Sequence record: SRR20825019_2389
Length of the DNA: 51,357 nucleotides
Strand: one strand, 5' to 3'
In this document: one piece after another, positions 17,915-28,638 of the stretch
Layout: each line of letters starts with the position of its first letter
Numbering within the stretch: the stretch's first letter is position 1
Notes under the pieces: generated by a model
The model's input: the letters and a program-made list of their open reading frames with translations, nothing else
Database searches by the model: none
What the model was told of the DNA's origin: nothing
Position numbers and translations under genes: made by a program

Positions 17915-18760
17915 CTATGCTACAACTTTGGAAAAGGCCTCAAAGCTCCGCTTGATGCTGTCAAACGGGTCATCCGGGTTATCATGCTCCACAAAGAAAT
18001 GGCTAAGCCCTGCGGCTTTTCGGTGTTCAAACACTGAGTTGAAATCAAGCTCACCGTCACCGACTGAGACCATGTTGCCCTGCCCGTCCATGTCTTTCAC
18101 ATGCACACAAGGCACCCGCCCCTGCAATTTCTCCATCAATGGCAACGGGTCCTGCTTTGCCTTGGCTAGCCAGAAGAGGTCGAGCTCAAAATTAACGAGG
18201 TCCGCCTCCGTCTCCGCCATCAGGATATCAAAAGGCGTGACGCCGCCGTCTGCGATAAACTCAAACTCATGGTTATGATAACCAACCTGCACGCCAGCGG
18301 CCTTGGCCTTCTCGCCGGTCACGTTGAGAATGTGAGCGATTTCGCGGAACCGGTCCAGCGTGCGCTGCTCCGGCGGCAGCCACGGCAAGATCAGATTTTT
18401 GTGACCGAGCGCGTCAGCAATCTCAAGCGCCCTGTCAAAATCGCTGGCAAACACCTCTGGGCTCATGTGGGCAGAGGGAGCAAAAAGGCCGTTATGCTCC
18501 AGCATCGCCTTGATCTCTGCGAGCGGTTTGTCAAAATAGCCCGCAAACTCAACCTCGCGGTATCCAATGGCCGATACACGCTCAAGTGTGCGAGCCATAT
18601 CTTCCGCCATAGCGTCACGCACCGTATACAGTTGAACACCAATTGCCTGGTCTGCATGAGCAAAAGCTGGTTTCATAATACCCTTCCCGATTGCGACGCC
18701 CGCAAGCGCGCTTGCACCAACGCTCAGAAGGAAGTTCCGTCTGCTTATAGTCATCTTCAT
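17915..18760 (-). CDS. Tat-exported sugar-phosphate isomerase/epimerase (xylose-isomerase-like TIM barrel)
   Basis: SRRNFL Tat motif; GVQLYTVR, YHNHEFEF, ELDLFW, HVKD and FVEHD motifs. Confidence 0.9.
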   Translation of the reverse strand: MKMTISRRNFLLSVGASALAGVAIGKGIMKPAFAHADQAIGVQLYTVRDAMAEDMARTLERVSAIGYREVEFAGYFDKPLAEIKAMLEHNGLFAPSAHMSPEVFASDFDRALEIADALGHKNLILPWLPPEQRTLDRFREIAHILNVTGEKAKAAGVQVGYHNHEFEFIADGGVTPFDILMAETEADLVNFELDLFWLAKAKQDPLPLMEKLQGRVPCVHVKDMDGQGNMVSVGDGELDFNSVFEHRKAAGLSHFFVEHDNPDDPFDSIKRSFEAFSKVVA

Positions 18761-20478
18761 CACAAGGCTCCTGCTTTCATCTGATCGGCAGCAAAATGCG
18801 CTGCCCGCGCCGACAGCGCCATAAAGGTAAGGGATGGGTTTTGACAGGCGGTTGACGCCATTGCCGCCCCATCTGTCACAAAAAGGTTAGGTATTTCATG
18901 GCATTGGTTGAACTTGTTGAGATAGCTGTCTTTTGGGTCATGTCCCATCCGTGCTGTTCCCATCTCGTGGATGGCAATGCCAGGAAAGCTTTCCTCCCTG
19001 AAGCCCTGCACATTCTTGAAACCCGCGGCTTTCAGCATCTCGACAGCAGTTTTCTCCATATCAGCTTGCATTTTAAGCTCGTTGTCGCCATACGCGCAGC
19101 TGATCTCAAGAAGTGGCATACCCCATTTATCAGTTTTAGTGCCGCTTAACGAAAGATGGTTCTCATAGGCTGGCAGCATCTCGCCAAACCCACCAAGACC
19201 AAACTGCCACCTACCGGGGCGCTGTATCGACCGCTTGAAGTCCTCACCAATGCCCTTCCTGGATGTTTCGCTCCACCAATTTTCCCGGCCAGCACCACCT
19301 TGAAAACCATAGCCCCGCAGGAAGCTTGTATCGGGCTCCGTCACATTCTTGAAGCGCGGCACGTATATCCCGGTCGGGCGGCGTCCCTGATAATATAGAT
19401 CCTCAAACCCTTCAGCCTCGGCACGGGCACCTGCCCCCGTAATATGATCCATCAGATAATGGCCAAGTGCGGTCCCTACGTTGCCAATCCCATTGGGATA
19501 CTGGGCGGACCTGGAGTTCATGAGGATATGTGTAGTTGCCAGCGTTGACGCGCACACAAACACCACTCGCGCGGTGATGCGCACATGCTGCATCGTCTCC
19601 CTGTCCACCATATAAACGCCGGATGCCTTGCCTGATGTATCGTCATAGAGCACCTGCTGCACTTGAACGTTAGGGATGAGGGTCATGTTGCCGGTACGGT
19701 CAGCCGCCGGAAGAGTGGCCGACAGGCTGGAAAAATACCCGCCCCATGAACACCCTCGCTGGCATTGATTGCGAGACTGGCATGGGCCACGGCCAAGCTC
19801 TATCTGCTCATCCGTTGGCTCTGTCAGGTGCGCACAACGCCCCATAATGAGCTTACGGCCCGGGAATTTTTCTTCAACTTGTTCTTTTGCATGTTTCTCT
19901 ACCGTGTTCATTTCAAAAGGTTTTTGAAAAACACCATCTGGCAACTGAGGGAGGTTCTCTATAGAACCGCTAATGCCTGCGAATTTCTCAACATAGTCAT
20001 ACCACGGGGCGATATCGTCGTATCTGATCGGCCAATCGCAGCCGTGCCCGTCCTTTTTATTGGCCTCAAAATCCATCTCGCTCATGCGGTAGCTTTGCCG
20101 ATGCCACAGCACGGATTTGCCGCCAACACGCGCGCTTCTGATCCAGTCAAAGCGCTTGCCGTCTTTCATCTCGAACGGGTTCTCCCGGTCGTTGATAAAA
20201 TTGTGCTTGGTGTACTCCGAGAAGGCGTAACATTTTTTCACATGCTCATAGTCATGTGCGGCCTCTTCCTTGCTTACAAGGCCACGGTTGGGCATTTCCC
20301 ATGGCGCAGAATGCTCGGTCACATAACCATCACCGTGTTCAAGCGGGCTTCCCCGGTCAAGGACCGCAACCTTGAAACCACGCTCGCACATCTCTTTTGC
20401 GACCCAGCCGCCGGACATGCCGGACCCAACAACAACCACATCAAAATCATAACGCGTGCTCATGTCACCAGCCCTCAT
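18760..20478 (-). CDS. GMC oxidoreductase, glucoside 3-dehydrogenase large subunit (LacA-like)
   Basis: VVGSGMSGGW FAD site; Cys cluster GRCAHL...CQSRNQCQRGC; IHEMGTARMG; CQNPSLTFMAL. Alternative start at 20463. Confidence 0.88.
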   Translation of the reverse strand: MRAGDMSTRYDFDVVVVGSGMSGGWVAKEMCERGFKVAVLDRGSPLEHGDGYVTEHSAPWEMPNRGLVSKEEAAHDYEHVKKCYAFSEYTKHNFINDRENPFEMKDGKRFDWIRSARVGGKSVLWHRQSYRMSEMDFEANKKDGHGCDWPIRYDDIAPWYDYVEKFAGISGSIENLPQLPDGVFQKPFEMNTVEKHAKEQVEEKFPGRKLIMGRCAHLTEPTDEQIELGRGPCQSRNQCQRGCSWGGYFSSLSATLPAADRTGNMTLIPNVQVQQVLYDDTSGKASGVYMVDRETMQHVRITARVVFVCASTLATTHILMNSRSAQYPNGIGNVGTALGHYLMDHITGAGARAEAEGFEDLYYQGRRPTGIYVPRFKNVTEPDTSFLRGYGFQGGAGRENWWSETSRKGIGEDFKRSIQRPGRWQFGLGGFGEMLPAYENHLSLSGTKTDKWGMPLLEISCAYGDNELKMQADMEKTAVEMLKAAGFKNVQGFREESFPGIAIHEMGTARMGHDPKDSYLNKFNQCHEIPNLFVTDGAAMASTACQNPSLTFMALSARAAHFAADQMKAGAL

Positions 20479-21050
20479 GTTGACCAGCTTCTGTCAGAGG
20501 CTGACAGGTTAAACTCATGATACGGACCCGGCACCGGGTCATAGGCCAGCTCAACGGACGCCCCAACTTCAGAGGTGTAGTAGCCAATGAGTGTCATTTC
20601 CTTGAGCTTGCGATAGAAACCTGAGAAATGCTCCTCGTCCCACAAGGCTTCGTCCAGCGCCTCGACCAAAGTTCTTTGCTGGAAGGCACATGCTGTCGCA
20701 AACTCCATGTTCGACACCATGAATGCGGCAAGCCCGGACATGAACGACCCGCGCTCCTCACCACTGAGCCACGACGTAAGCGCCATATCGATGAACGCAG
20801 GCACCCCTGCACCAATCGCACCCGGCGTTTCCGTCTCGGGGATGATGATATCGCTGATAATGCTGACATAGCGCAATTGCTTAGCATTTAGCGTGCGGTT
20901 AGTTTCCGACGCATTCATATCGGCAGCAAGCGCGCGACCAAGGATAAGCTCCGAGCTTGGCAACAAGGCCCCGCCCACAAGCGCGGATAAGCCCATGAGC
21001 AGGCGGCGCCGGTCTACTCCAACCCGTTTGGATATATCTAAAGGTTTCAT
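20475..21050 (-). CDS. Gluconate 2-dehydrogenase subunit 3 family (LacC-like Tat hitch-hiker subunit)
   Basis: DRRRLL twin-arginine motif; DIIIPETETPGA, LKEMTLIGYYTSEVG and PVPG motifs. Confidence 0.88.
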   Translation of the reverse strand: MKPLDISKRVGVDRRRLLMGLSALVGGALLPSSELILGRALAADMNASETNRTLNAKQLRYVSIISDIIIPETETPGAIGAGVPAFIDMALTSWLSGEERGSFMSGLAAFMVSNMEFATACAFQQRTLVEALDEALWDEEHFSGFYRKLKEMTLIGYYTSEVGASVELAYDPVPGPYHEFNLSASDRSWST

Positions 21051-21063
21051 CTTCCCTCCCCAA

Positions 21064-21077
21064 TGAAACCGGTGACC
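21064..21077. promoter_or_regulatory. Secondary LacI-type operator upstream of the LacC-like gene
   Basis: TGAAACCGGTGACC, an 11/14 match to the palindrome at 23255. Confidence 0.45.
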
Positions 21078-21135
21078 TAAAGATGCAGCGCGAGGCTGGG
21101 AGAATTATCTCCGGTCAGCCCCGCACGACATCGTC

Positions 21136-22047
21136 TTACAAAAACTGTCTGAGGTGCGCAGCACTCTCAATGAGCGAGCGTTTCCTGTCCTCCAGCGAGC
21201 CTTCATAGTCGCTGTCTTCCACTTCAATACAGAATGCGCCATCGTACCCCGCAGCCTTGAGGCCGGAGACATATTTGCCCCAATCGATATCCCCCCGCCC
21301 CGGGATACGCGGGTCATGATAAGAAAGCGGTGTTGCCATTGTGCCCACCTCATCCAGGCGTGTACGGTCCAGCTTCACGTCCTTGGCGTGGGCATGGAAA
21401 AAGCGCGGCATGAACTCGCCAAGCGGCTTTATGTAATCCATCTGCATCCACACAAAATGCGACGGGTCGTAGTTCAGGCCAAAATAGGGTGTACTGAACT
21501 CTTCAAACATGCGCCGCCAGATGGCCGGGCTATAGGCGAGGTTTTTGCCTGCTGGCCATTCGTCATCGGTGAAATACATGGCGCAGTTCTCAATCCCGAT
21601 ACGGACCTTGCGAGCCTCGGCATAGGCCAGGATATCGCCCCATACCTCCCTGAAACGCGGCCAGTTTGCATCCACCGACTTGGTCCAGTCATTACCAACA
21701 AAGGTGGTTACAAGGTTGATGCCCAGAAGCACGGACGCATCAATCACTTTCTTGATGTGGTTGATATAAACCGCTGCTTCATCCAGATCAGGGGTCAGTG
21801 GGTTCGGGTAATATCCAAGCGCGCTGATCTCAACGCCTTTCGCCGCGCAATAAGCCTTCACGTGCGCGGCATCACCCTCTGTAAAGTCAGCCACATCAAG
21901 GTGCGTTACACCCGCATATTTGCGTTCTGCCTTGCCTTTTGGCCAGCACATGATCTCCACACACTCGAACTTCTGCTCGGCGGCAAAATCGATTACCTCC
22001 TCAAAGGAGAGGCCGTCCAGAATGGCGCTTTGAAACCCAAATTTCAT
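21136..22047 (-). CDS. Cytoplasmic sugar-phosphate isomerase/epimerase family protein
   Basis: [28 protein letters not shown] and IEVED motifs. Confidence 0.88.
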   Translation of the reverse strand: MKFGFQSAILDGLSFEEVIDFAAEQKFECVEIMCWPKGKAERKYAGVTHLDVADFTEGDAAHVKAYCAAKGVEISALGYYPNPLTPDLDEAAVYINHIKKVIDASVLLGINLVTTFVGNDWTKSVDANWPRFREVWGDILAYAEARKVRIGIENCAMYFTDDEWPAGKNLAYSPAIWRRMFEEFSTPYFGLNYDPSHFVWMQMDYIKPLGEFMPRFFHAHAKDVKLDRTRLDEVGTMATPLSYHDPRIPGRGDIDWGKYVSGLKAAGYDGAFCIEVEDSDYEGSLEDRKRSLIESAAHLRQFL

Positions 22048-22063
22048 GCAATAGTCCTTAACA

Positions 22064-23194
22064 CTAAACAGTTACCCAGCGTTCTAGCTGGTGGCTTTTT
22101 AGAATTGCTTCACAAAGCAGGATTTCCCTGTGCCCTTCATCGAAGGTCGGGAATGATGGCCGGGCAGAAAAATCACCCGCCGCGATATAGTCATAGAAGG
22201 CGCGGAAACACTGTTTGAACGTATCCGGGTATCCTTCCGCATGGCCGCCGGGGTAGCTTGCAACCGCTGCGGCGCTGGGCGCCATCAGGGTCGGGTCCTT
22301 GATCAGGATGTTATTCGCCTCGTCACGCTTGCCAACCCAAAGCTCATTGGGGCGCTGCCCGTCCCAGGTCACTGACTTCTCAGCGCCGTAAATTTCGTAC
22401 CGCAGGGCGTTTTTTTGCCCTGCCGCAACTTGAGACACATAAAGGCTGGCTTTCACGCCACCTTTGAAACGCAGGAGAATGCTGGCGTAATCTTCCGTAT
22501 CGATCGCCACATCTTCGCCGGCCTCATCCACTTTTTTGGAAAAGGTAACGCTGCCCCCCACCGGGCGCTTCCTTGTGGGGTAAACGGTCGACATGTCGGC
22601 AAATACTGCCTCAATTTCAAGCCCCGTGATGGTGCTGAGCATATCCATCCAGTGTGTGCCAATGTCCGCCACCACACGAAGGGGGCCGCCAATGTCCGAA
22701 TGCAGGCGCCAGTTATAGTCGCTTTCATGCAGCAGCCAGTCCTGAATATAACAGCCGTTAATGTGGAAAAGCCGACCAAGATCGCCACCTTCCACCATCG
22801 CCCTGGCCTGCATGTTAAGCGGATAATAGCGCAAGTTATAACAGACACCCGCGGCGAGGGATTTCCCCTTCGCCACCTCCACCAGCTCTGCGGACTGCAT
22901 GCTGTCCATCGCCAGCGGCTTTTCGCACATCACGTGTTTGCCTGCGATCAGCGCAGCCTTGGCGTAGGCATAATGGAAGGCGTTTGGCACACAGATATGC
23001 ACTGCGTCTGCGGCAGCATCAGATAACACATCGTCAAAGTCTTTATAGGCACGACCAATACCAAGCGTTTCTGCCGCCTCACGAGACTTCGCCTCAGTGC
23101 TGCCAAGAATGCCCGCAATGCCCACGCCCAGCCTCCTCAGCGCCTCAACATGGGTTACACCCATAAAACCTGTTCCGATGATTGCTACCTGCAC
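22064..23194 (-). CDS. Gfo/Idh/MocA-family NAD(P) oxidoreductase
   Basis: [19 protein letters not shown] and ADIGTHWMD motifs; GTG start. Confidence 0.92.
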   Translation of the reverse strand: MQVAIIGTGFMGVTHVEALRRLGVGIAGILGSTEAKSREAAETLGIGRAYKDFDDVLSDAAADAVHICVPNAFHYAYAKAALIAGKHVMCEKPLAMDSMQSAELVEVAKGKSLAAGVCYNLRYYPLNMQARAMVEGGDLGRLFHINGCYIQDWLLHESDYNWRLHSDIGGPLRVVADIGTHWMDMLSTITGLEIEAVFADMSTVYPTRKRPVGGSVTFSKKVDEAGEDVAIDTEDYASILLRFKGGVKASLYVSQVAAGQKNALRYEIYGAEKSVTWDGQRPNELWVGKRDEANNILIKDPTLMAPSAAAVASYPGGHAEGYPDTFKQCFRAFYDYIAAGDFSARPSFPTFDEGHREILLCEAILKSHQLERWVTV

Positions 23195-23254
23195 GCCCTA
23201 CCCCTGCGTCTGAACACATATTGACTACGGTGGATCAATTCTCTTAATCAATTT

Positions 23255-23268
23255 TGTAACCGGTTACA
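23255..23268. promoter_or_regulatory. LacI-family operator in the divergent promoter region
   Basis: Perfect 14-bp palindrome TGTAACCGGTTACA with a central CG. Confidence 0.8.
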
Positions 23269-23399
23269 TTTTCACTTGTCAAGCGTTTGTAGATCGCTGT
23301 AGGCTCACATTCGGGAAGCTGGCCAGTTTATAGAATTGGCCGTGTGGCGTATACCCCCCGGGGAAACGTCGCCTTATCGTCTTGGGGAGGACACAAGTC

Positions 23400-24632
23400 A
23401 TGACAGCACGCATCTATTCGCAGCTCAGCCTGATGATGTTTCTTCAGTTTTTTATCTGGGGTGCGTGGTTCGTCACCCTCGGCACCTATCTGGCAGGCAT
23501 TGGCTTTAGTGGCACGCAAATCGGCACTGCTTATCTCACCAACAACATCGGCGCCATTGTCGCACCCTTTCTGGTTGGCTTGATCGCCGACCGTTTTTTC
23601 GCTGCTGAAAAGGTGATGGGTATCCTGCACATTGCTGGCGCTGTTGTGCTATATTTTGTGTCTGACCTCACGTCTGCGGGCGCTATTATCACTGGGCTCC
23701 TCCTCTATAACATCTGCTACATGCCTACGCTTGCACTGGTAAACACGGTATCGTTTAATGTAATGGACACGCCGGACAGTGAGTTCCCCCGTGTCCGCGT
23801 TTGGGGCACCCTGGGCTGGATATGCGCGGGGCTCAGCATCTCTTTTCTGCTCTCGGGCTTTACCACTAACGTCGAGGCTTCCACTTACCCCATGTGCATG
23901 GCAGCCGGGGCGTCGCTCCTTCTGGGACTGTTCAGCTTTTTCCTGCCGCACACACCACCCAAAATGACCAAGGAGAAGCCAACGCTGGGCGAAATTCTCG
24001 GGGCTGACGCTTTGGGTATGCTCAAAGACCGCTCGTTTGCGATCTTCGCGCTGTGCTCACTCCTTATCTCCATCCCGCTCGCATTCTATTATGCCTTCAC
24101 CAATCTGTATCTGAATGACATGGGCATTGCTGACGCTGCGGCGAAAATGAGCCTCGGGCAGATGTCTGAAGTGGCATTTATGGTTCTGATGCCCTTTTTC
24201 TTCCGCCGCCTTGGTGTGAAATGGATGCTGCTGGTTGGCATGCTGGCGTGGGCCGCGCGGTACGCCTTTTTTGCAAGTGGTGACGCGGACGACCTGATCT
24301 GGATGATCTACGGCGGCATTCTGCTGCACGGCGTGTGTTATGACTTCTTCTTTGTGACCGGGCAGGTTTATGTGGACCAGAAGGCCCCCAAGGCCAACCG
24401 CGCCAGCGCACAAGGCTTCATTGCCCTTCTAACATATGGCGTTGGGCTCGCCATTGGCTCTACCCTTGCAGGCATGACGGTTGAAGCCATGACGGTAGAC
24501 GGTGTGCGCCACTGGGCCAATATCTGGTGGGTGCCTTGTGTGTTTGCCGGTGCTGTTGCCGTGATGTTCTCGCTACTCTTCAAAGACGAGCGCGGCAACA
24601 CCAATGAGCCAACCGCCGCTCTAACAGATTGA
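23400..24632 (+). CDS. MFS nucleoside:H+ symporter (NupG/YegT-like) family permease, probably a sugar carrier
   Basis: MMFLQFFIWGAWFVT, ADRFF, FPRVRVWGTLGWI, GQMSEV and LHGVCYDFFFV motifs; GGAGG RBS. Confidence 0.9.
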   Translation: MTARIYSQLSLMMFLQFFIWGAWFVTLGTYLAGIGFSGTQIGTAYLTNNIGAIVAPFLVGLIADRFFAAEKVMGILHIAGAVVLYFVSDLTSAGAIITGLLLYNICYMPTLALVNTVSFNVMDTPDSEFPRVRVWGTLGWICAGLSISFLLSGFTTNVEASTYPMCMAAGASLLLGLFSFFLPHTPPKMTKEKPTLGEILGADALGMLKDRSFAIFALCSLLISIPLAFYYAFTNLYLNDMGIADAAAKMSLGQMSEVAFMVLMPFFFRRLGVKWMLLVGMLAWAARYAFFASGDADDLIWMIYGGILLHGVCYDFFFVTGQVYVDQKAPKANRASAQGFIALLTYGVGLAIGSTLAGMTVEAMTVDGVRHWANIWWVPCVFAGAVAVMFSLLFKDERGNTNEPTAALTD

Positions 24633-24680
24633 AAATAAGATATCCTTCAATATAGTTGGCGAAACTTCCAAGGGGCAGGC

Positions 24681-25691
24681 ATGACCAACATCCGAGCGGT
24701 ATCAAAACTGGCCGGCGTATCTGTAGCAACCGTATCGCGGGCGCTACAGAAGCCAGACATGGTCTCCGATGCCACACGCGAGAAGGTGAAAAAAGCGGTA
24801 GAGGAAGCGGGTTACAAGCCCAACATGATGGCGCGCAACTTTCGCTCAAAGAAGTCTTTCTCGATCATGGTGCTTGTGCCTGATGTCTCCAACCCGTTTT
24901 TTGGCCGTGTTATCAGCGCTATCCAGCATGAAGCGAGAGCGCGAAAACATAATGTGATCCTTGGCAATACCATGGGCAAGATTGATCTCGAGCGTGAGCT
25001 TGCACACCTGCTGCTCACCAACCAAACCGATGGTATCATCCAGCTCAGCTCCAGATACCCCTTAAGCGATGAAGACCGTGCCGCCGCCAAGTCGCAGCCC
25101 ATAGTTAACTGTTGTGAGTGTGTTGATGATGACAGCATGCCAACGATCCAACTGGACAACAGCGGCGCCGCGAAGGCGATGACAGAACATCTGCTTGAGC
25201 TAGGCCACAAACGCATTGGCGTGATCGCGGGGCCGGAAGCCAGCCCCCTCACCACTGCTCGCCTTGAAGGGCACATGGCCGCCCTCAAGGCACACAGAAT
25301 CAGCGCGGATCAAAGCTTGATCATGGCAGGTGACTATTCTCTTGCGTCTGGTAAAGCGGCGGCTGAAAGCCTGCTCGCGCTGACCACACGGCCATGCGCC
25401 ATTTTCTGCTGTAATGACGAGATGGCCATCGGCGCGCTGCACGCCATCAGAGAAGCCGGGCTCAAGGTGCCGGAAGATATTTCCGTCACCGGATTTGATG
25501 ATCTTGAATTCGCGAGCTACACCAGCCCGGCGCTGACAACTGTGGCCCAACCCTCAGCCGCCTTTGGCGCGCACGCCATTAGCACGCTGTTTGACATCAT
25601 GGCTGGCCTCAAGACACAGGAACGCCACCTTGTGCTCCCTTATGAGCTTATCATCCGCGGCAGCACAGGCCCTGCCCCACGCCCGAACTAG
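24681..25691 (+). CDS. LacI-family transcriptional regulator (keto-glycoside cluster)
   Basis: HTH IRAVSKLAGVSVATVSRAL, YKPNMMAR and a sugar-binding domain. Confidence 0.95.
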   Translation: MTNIRAVSKLAGVSVATVSRALQKPDMVSDATREKVKKAVEEAGYKPNMMARNFRSKKSFSIMVLVPDVSNPFFGRVISAIQHEARARKHNVILGNTMGKIDLERELAHLLLTNQTDGIIQLSSRYPLSDEDRAAAKSQPIVNCCECVDDDSMPTIQLDNSGAAKAMTEHLLELGHKRIGVIAGPEASPLTTARLEGHMAALKAHRISADQSLIMAGDYSLASGKAAAESLLALTTRPCAIFCCNDEMAIGALHAIREAGLKVPEDISVTGFDDLEFASYTSPALTTVAQPSAAFGAHAISTLFDIMAGLKTQERHLVLPYELIIRGSTGPAPRPN

Positions 25692-25703
25692 CAGGGAAAC
25701 CTC

Positions 25704-26258
25704 ATGGCCAAACTGCCTGACAAACGAGACTACGACCAGCGTGAGTTTAAAACCGCGTTTGCCGCACGGGTGTATCTGATCAGTGACGAAGACATAGCTT
25801 TCCTGTTTGAGCGTGCCGTACCGGGCGGCGACAGCACCCCATCGCGCGACTATGCGCCAGACCCGCTGGGCCTCGCGTATCCCAACCAGTGGCGGCTGCC
25901 CGCTTTCAGCCTCAACCGCCCTCTGACCGAAGATGAAGAGGCAATGGAGGTAGCGTGGGACATAGCCTACAAGAAAACCTGTATCACGGAAGCCAGCTAC
26001 TACCATGAAACTCTGCTGGTGCCGTCGGTTAAAGCAACAGACGAGCACCCTATCCTTTCGTGGGTAGAATTACGCGCCCGTTGTTATGTGGCCTGGCGGC
26101 CGGATGAACTTCCTCTCAAACCGGCACCGGGAATTGAGCGCCGTTTTTTCACCATGGATGAGCTTATGAGCGACGCCCACAACGTTAGCAGTCACAGCCG
26201 CTATGTTTTCCTGCGTCTCAACGAATTTATGTCCCTGCACGGCAGCTATATCTACTGA
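25704..26258 (+). CDS. Hypothetical protein, degenerate Nudix-like
   Basis: 184 aa, 12 nt after lacI, with an AGGGA RBS; NQWRLP...EEAMEVAWDIAYKKTCI and RRFFTMDEL resemble Nudix elements. Confidence 0.6.
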   Translation: MAKLPDKRDYDQREFKTAFAARVYLISDEDIAFLFERAVPGGDSTPSRDYAPDPLGLAYPNQWRLPAFSLNRPLTEDEEAMEVAWDIAYKKTCITEASYYHETLLVPSVKATDEHPILSWVELRARCYVAWRPDELPLKPAPGIERRFFTMDELMSDAHNVSSHSRYVFLRLNEFMSLHGSYIY

Positions 26259-27418
26259 CTGGAGGAAACCAGTTGAAGCTCGTCTGTCGGCACATCCCAT
26301 GGCAGGTGATTTTCTTCAAGCACCACAAGGTTCTTGCTCGCGATCAGGTCTGGCAGCGCGGCAGAATAGCCCAGAAGCTCCGCCGTGCCCGCTTCCGGGT
26401 GACGCGCCAGCAAAAGTGCTTCATCTGAAGAGAAGTTGGTCAAACCCCGCGCAATCTCGACATCGTTTTCATCATAAACGTGCAGGATATCGCCCTTCTG
26501 GAAATGTCCGTGGACAGAGATAATATCCGCGTGCGTGATAGGCCCGCCGTTCGCAACCAGCTCATCAGCCGCCTTTTGGTTCATGGTCATGCTGCCAGCC
26601 ACCTGCAGGCGGTTCGTGAGCCACACTTTCCAGGCTGATGCCGGTGTACCAAACGCCACACATTTTGTATGCCGACGCTCGTTCCCAAGCACAGAAAGCA
26701 GTGGCCTCTCCATAATACCTTCAGCAATGATGGTATTACAGCCTGCATGCTGCGCCATGTTGGCAGCTTGCAGCTTGGTCAGCATACCACCGCTTCCAAG
26801 CGCGCTTGTGCCCTCTGTCACCGATAGATATTCACTTACGTCCTCAAGCTTCTCGATAAACTTGGCGTCCGGTGCTGAAGGCGGCTTGTCATAAAGCCCG
26901 TCAATACTGGTCAGAATAATCAGATGATCCGCCTGGATCATTTGCGCGACCTTCGCGGCCAGCCTGTCGTTATCACCCACACGCAACTCTTGGGTTGTAA
27001 CCGTGTCGTTCTCGTTCACGATCGGCATGATCGAATGATCAAAGAGCCGCTCGATCGTGTTTTTCGTGTTGATGAAACGGCGGCGCTCTTCCATGTCGCC
27101 AATAGTGACAAGGATCTGGGCGATATCGAACCCAAATTCATGCGCCACATTCCTGTAGGCGTTAAGCAGCAACAGCTGCCCGCACGCTGCAGCAGCCTGT
27201 TTGTCTAGAAGGCCCGCGTCCTCCGGCGTTTTACCTACCGTGTTGAGACCAAGCGCAACCGCCCCGGATGACATGAGCACCACATCATACCCTTCAGATT
27301 TCAACTGCGCGATATCGCTCATCAATCCGTGCATGAAGGCGTAGCGCAGCGTGAGCTGCTTGCTGTGCGCCAGAAGGCTGGATCCGATTTTAACGACGAT
27401 ACGTTTTTGGCTACTCAA
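26252..27418 (-). CDS. proB: Glutamate 5-kinase with PUA domain
   Basis: RIVVKIGSS, SSGAVALG, AAAACGQ, PIVNENDT, GDNDRLAA and GSGGMLTKL motifs; TTG start at 27418 after AGGAG. Confidence 0.95.
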   Translation of the reverse strand: MSSQKRIVVKIGSSLLAHSKQLTLRYAFMHGLMSDIAQLKSEGYDVVLMSSGAVALGLNTVGKTPEDAGLLDKQAAAACGQLLLLNAYRNVAHEFGFDIAQILVTIGDMEERRRFINTKNTIERLFDHSIMPIVNENDTVTTQELRVGDNDRLAAKVAQMIQADHLIILTSIDGLYDKPPSAPDAKFIEKLEDVSEYLSVTEGTSALGSGGMLTKLQAANMAQHAGCNTIIAEGIMERPLLSVLGNERRHTKCVAFGTPASAWKVWLTNRLQVAGSMTMNQKAADELVANGGPITHADIISVHGHFQKGDILHVYDENDVEIARGLTNFSSDEALLLARHPEAGTAELLGYSAALPDLIASKNLVVLEENHLPWDVPTDELQLVSSSQ

Positions 27419-27788
27419 CTTTAATCTCCTTGAAGATTTTTGCCGACGTTTCGCTTGGGCGTATCCCTGCGCTTCTCGCCAGCGGCGCCCTTTTAGCGCA
27501 ATAATATTACTTTGACCACAATTAATTATACGGCCTCTAAGCATCGATAGTTCATAGTCATGAAGCGCACACACAAGCATGTATGCGCCATAACCCGGGA
27601 AACTAAAGCCATATACTGGCATAAATTTTCCATAAGGAATTTCTTCTGTCACAGCTTTTTAATTTGTATTCTAAATATATTTCACCTATATGAACCGCGA
27701 CCCAAAGGCAGGCACTTCCCGCTGGAAGATACGCTGCGCAGGCGCTAGAAATAAGCGACGGGTGATACCAACAAGGACCAGAACGGAG

Positions 27789-28580
27789 ATGACAGCGAAG
27801 ATGAATATTCTGATGATTGGGTGCGGTAAAATGGGCGGTGCAATGCTGCGCCGCTGGTGTGATGCTTGCGGCCACAGCTTTGCAGTGGTTGATCCTGCAA
27901 TGCCCGACCTGCCCCCGGCGGTCCGCGTTGAAAGCGAGCTATCAGCCCTCAGCTCCCAGGTATTTGATATGATCATCGTCGCCATCAAGCCGCAGATGAT
28001 TGAAAGCGTGCTGCCAGACTATAAAGGCAGCCTGAAAAACGGCGGTGTAGTCGTCTCAATCGCGGCAGGCTTCGCGCTCAGAAACTTCAGCAAAATCCTT
28101 GGCGACGTGCCGCTTGTCCGCGTGATGCCAAACCTGCCTGCCCTGATCGGCCTCGGCGCCACCGGGCTTTACGCCAACGCGCTATGCTCACACGGGCAGA
28201 AAAACACGGTTGAAGAGCTGATGGAAGCCGTTGGACGTGCCTTCTGGGTCAACTCTGAAGACGAGCTTGATAAGGTAACTGCCGTCTCCGGCAGCGGCCC
28301 TGGATATGTCTTCCAGATTATTGAGAGCTATATTGCCGCAGCAGAGGACCTTGGCTTCAAGGCTGATGAAGCGCGCGCACTGGTGCTACAAACCATTCTG
28401 GGTGCCACGGAGATGGCCAACCGCTCAAGCGAGGCTATCAGCGCGCTGAGGGAATCTGTCACCAGCAAAAACGGCACCACAGAGGCTGGCCTTAACGCGC
28501 TGAACGGCGACGGAGCCCTTGATACGCTGATGAAGCAGACAACCGACGCGGCTTACAAGCGCGCGATTGAGCTGCAGTAA
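27789..28580 (+). CDS. proC: Pyrroline-5-carboxylate reductase
   Basis: [34 protein letters not shown] and VTSKNGTT motifs. Start is 27789 or 27801. Confidence 0.95.
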   Translation: MTAKMNILMIGCGKMGGAMLRRWCDACGHSFAVVDPAMPDLPPAVRVESELSALSSQVFDMIIVAIKPQMIESVLPDYKGSLKNGGVVVSIAAGFALRNFSKILGDVPLVRVMPNLPALIGLGATGLYANALCSHGQKNTVEELMEAVGRAFWVNSEDELDKVTAVSGSGPGYVFQIIESYIAAAEDLGFKADEARALVLQTILGATEMANRSSEAISALRESVTSKNGTTEAGLNALNGDGALDTLMKQTTDAAYKRAIELQ

Positions 28581-28638
28581 GCGCCGGCTTAACCCCCTAG
28601 TACCCCCTATGATGAGAGGAGCAGGATCGGTGACGATC

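Noticed and set aside
21154-22218. 354-aa + strand ORF
   Set aside because: Antisense to the isomerase and oxidoreductase genes; no protein-like features.
27419-27652. 78-aa N-terminal extension of ProB in the ORF track
   Set aside because: Homology starts at KRIVVKIG, an AGGAG RBS precedes TTG 27418, and the extension runs through the AT-rich promoter region.
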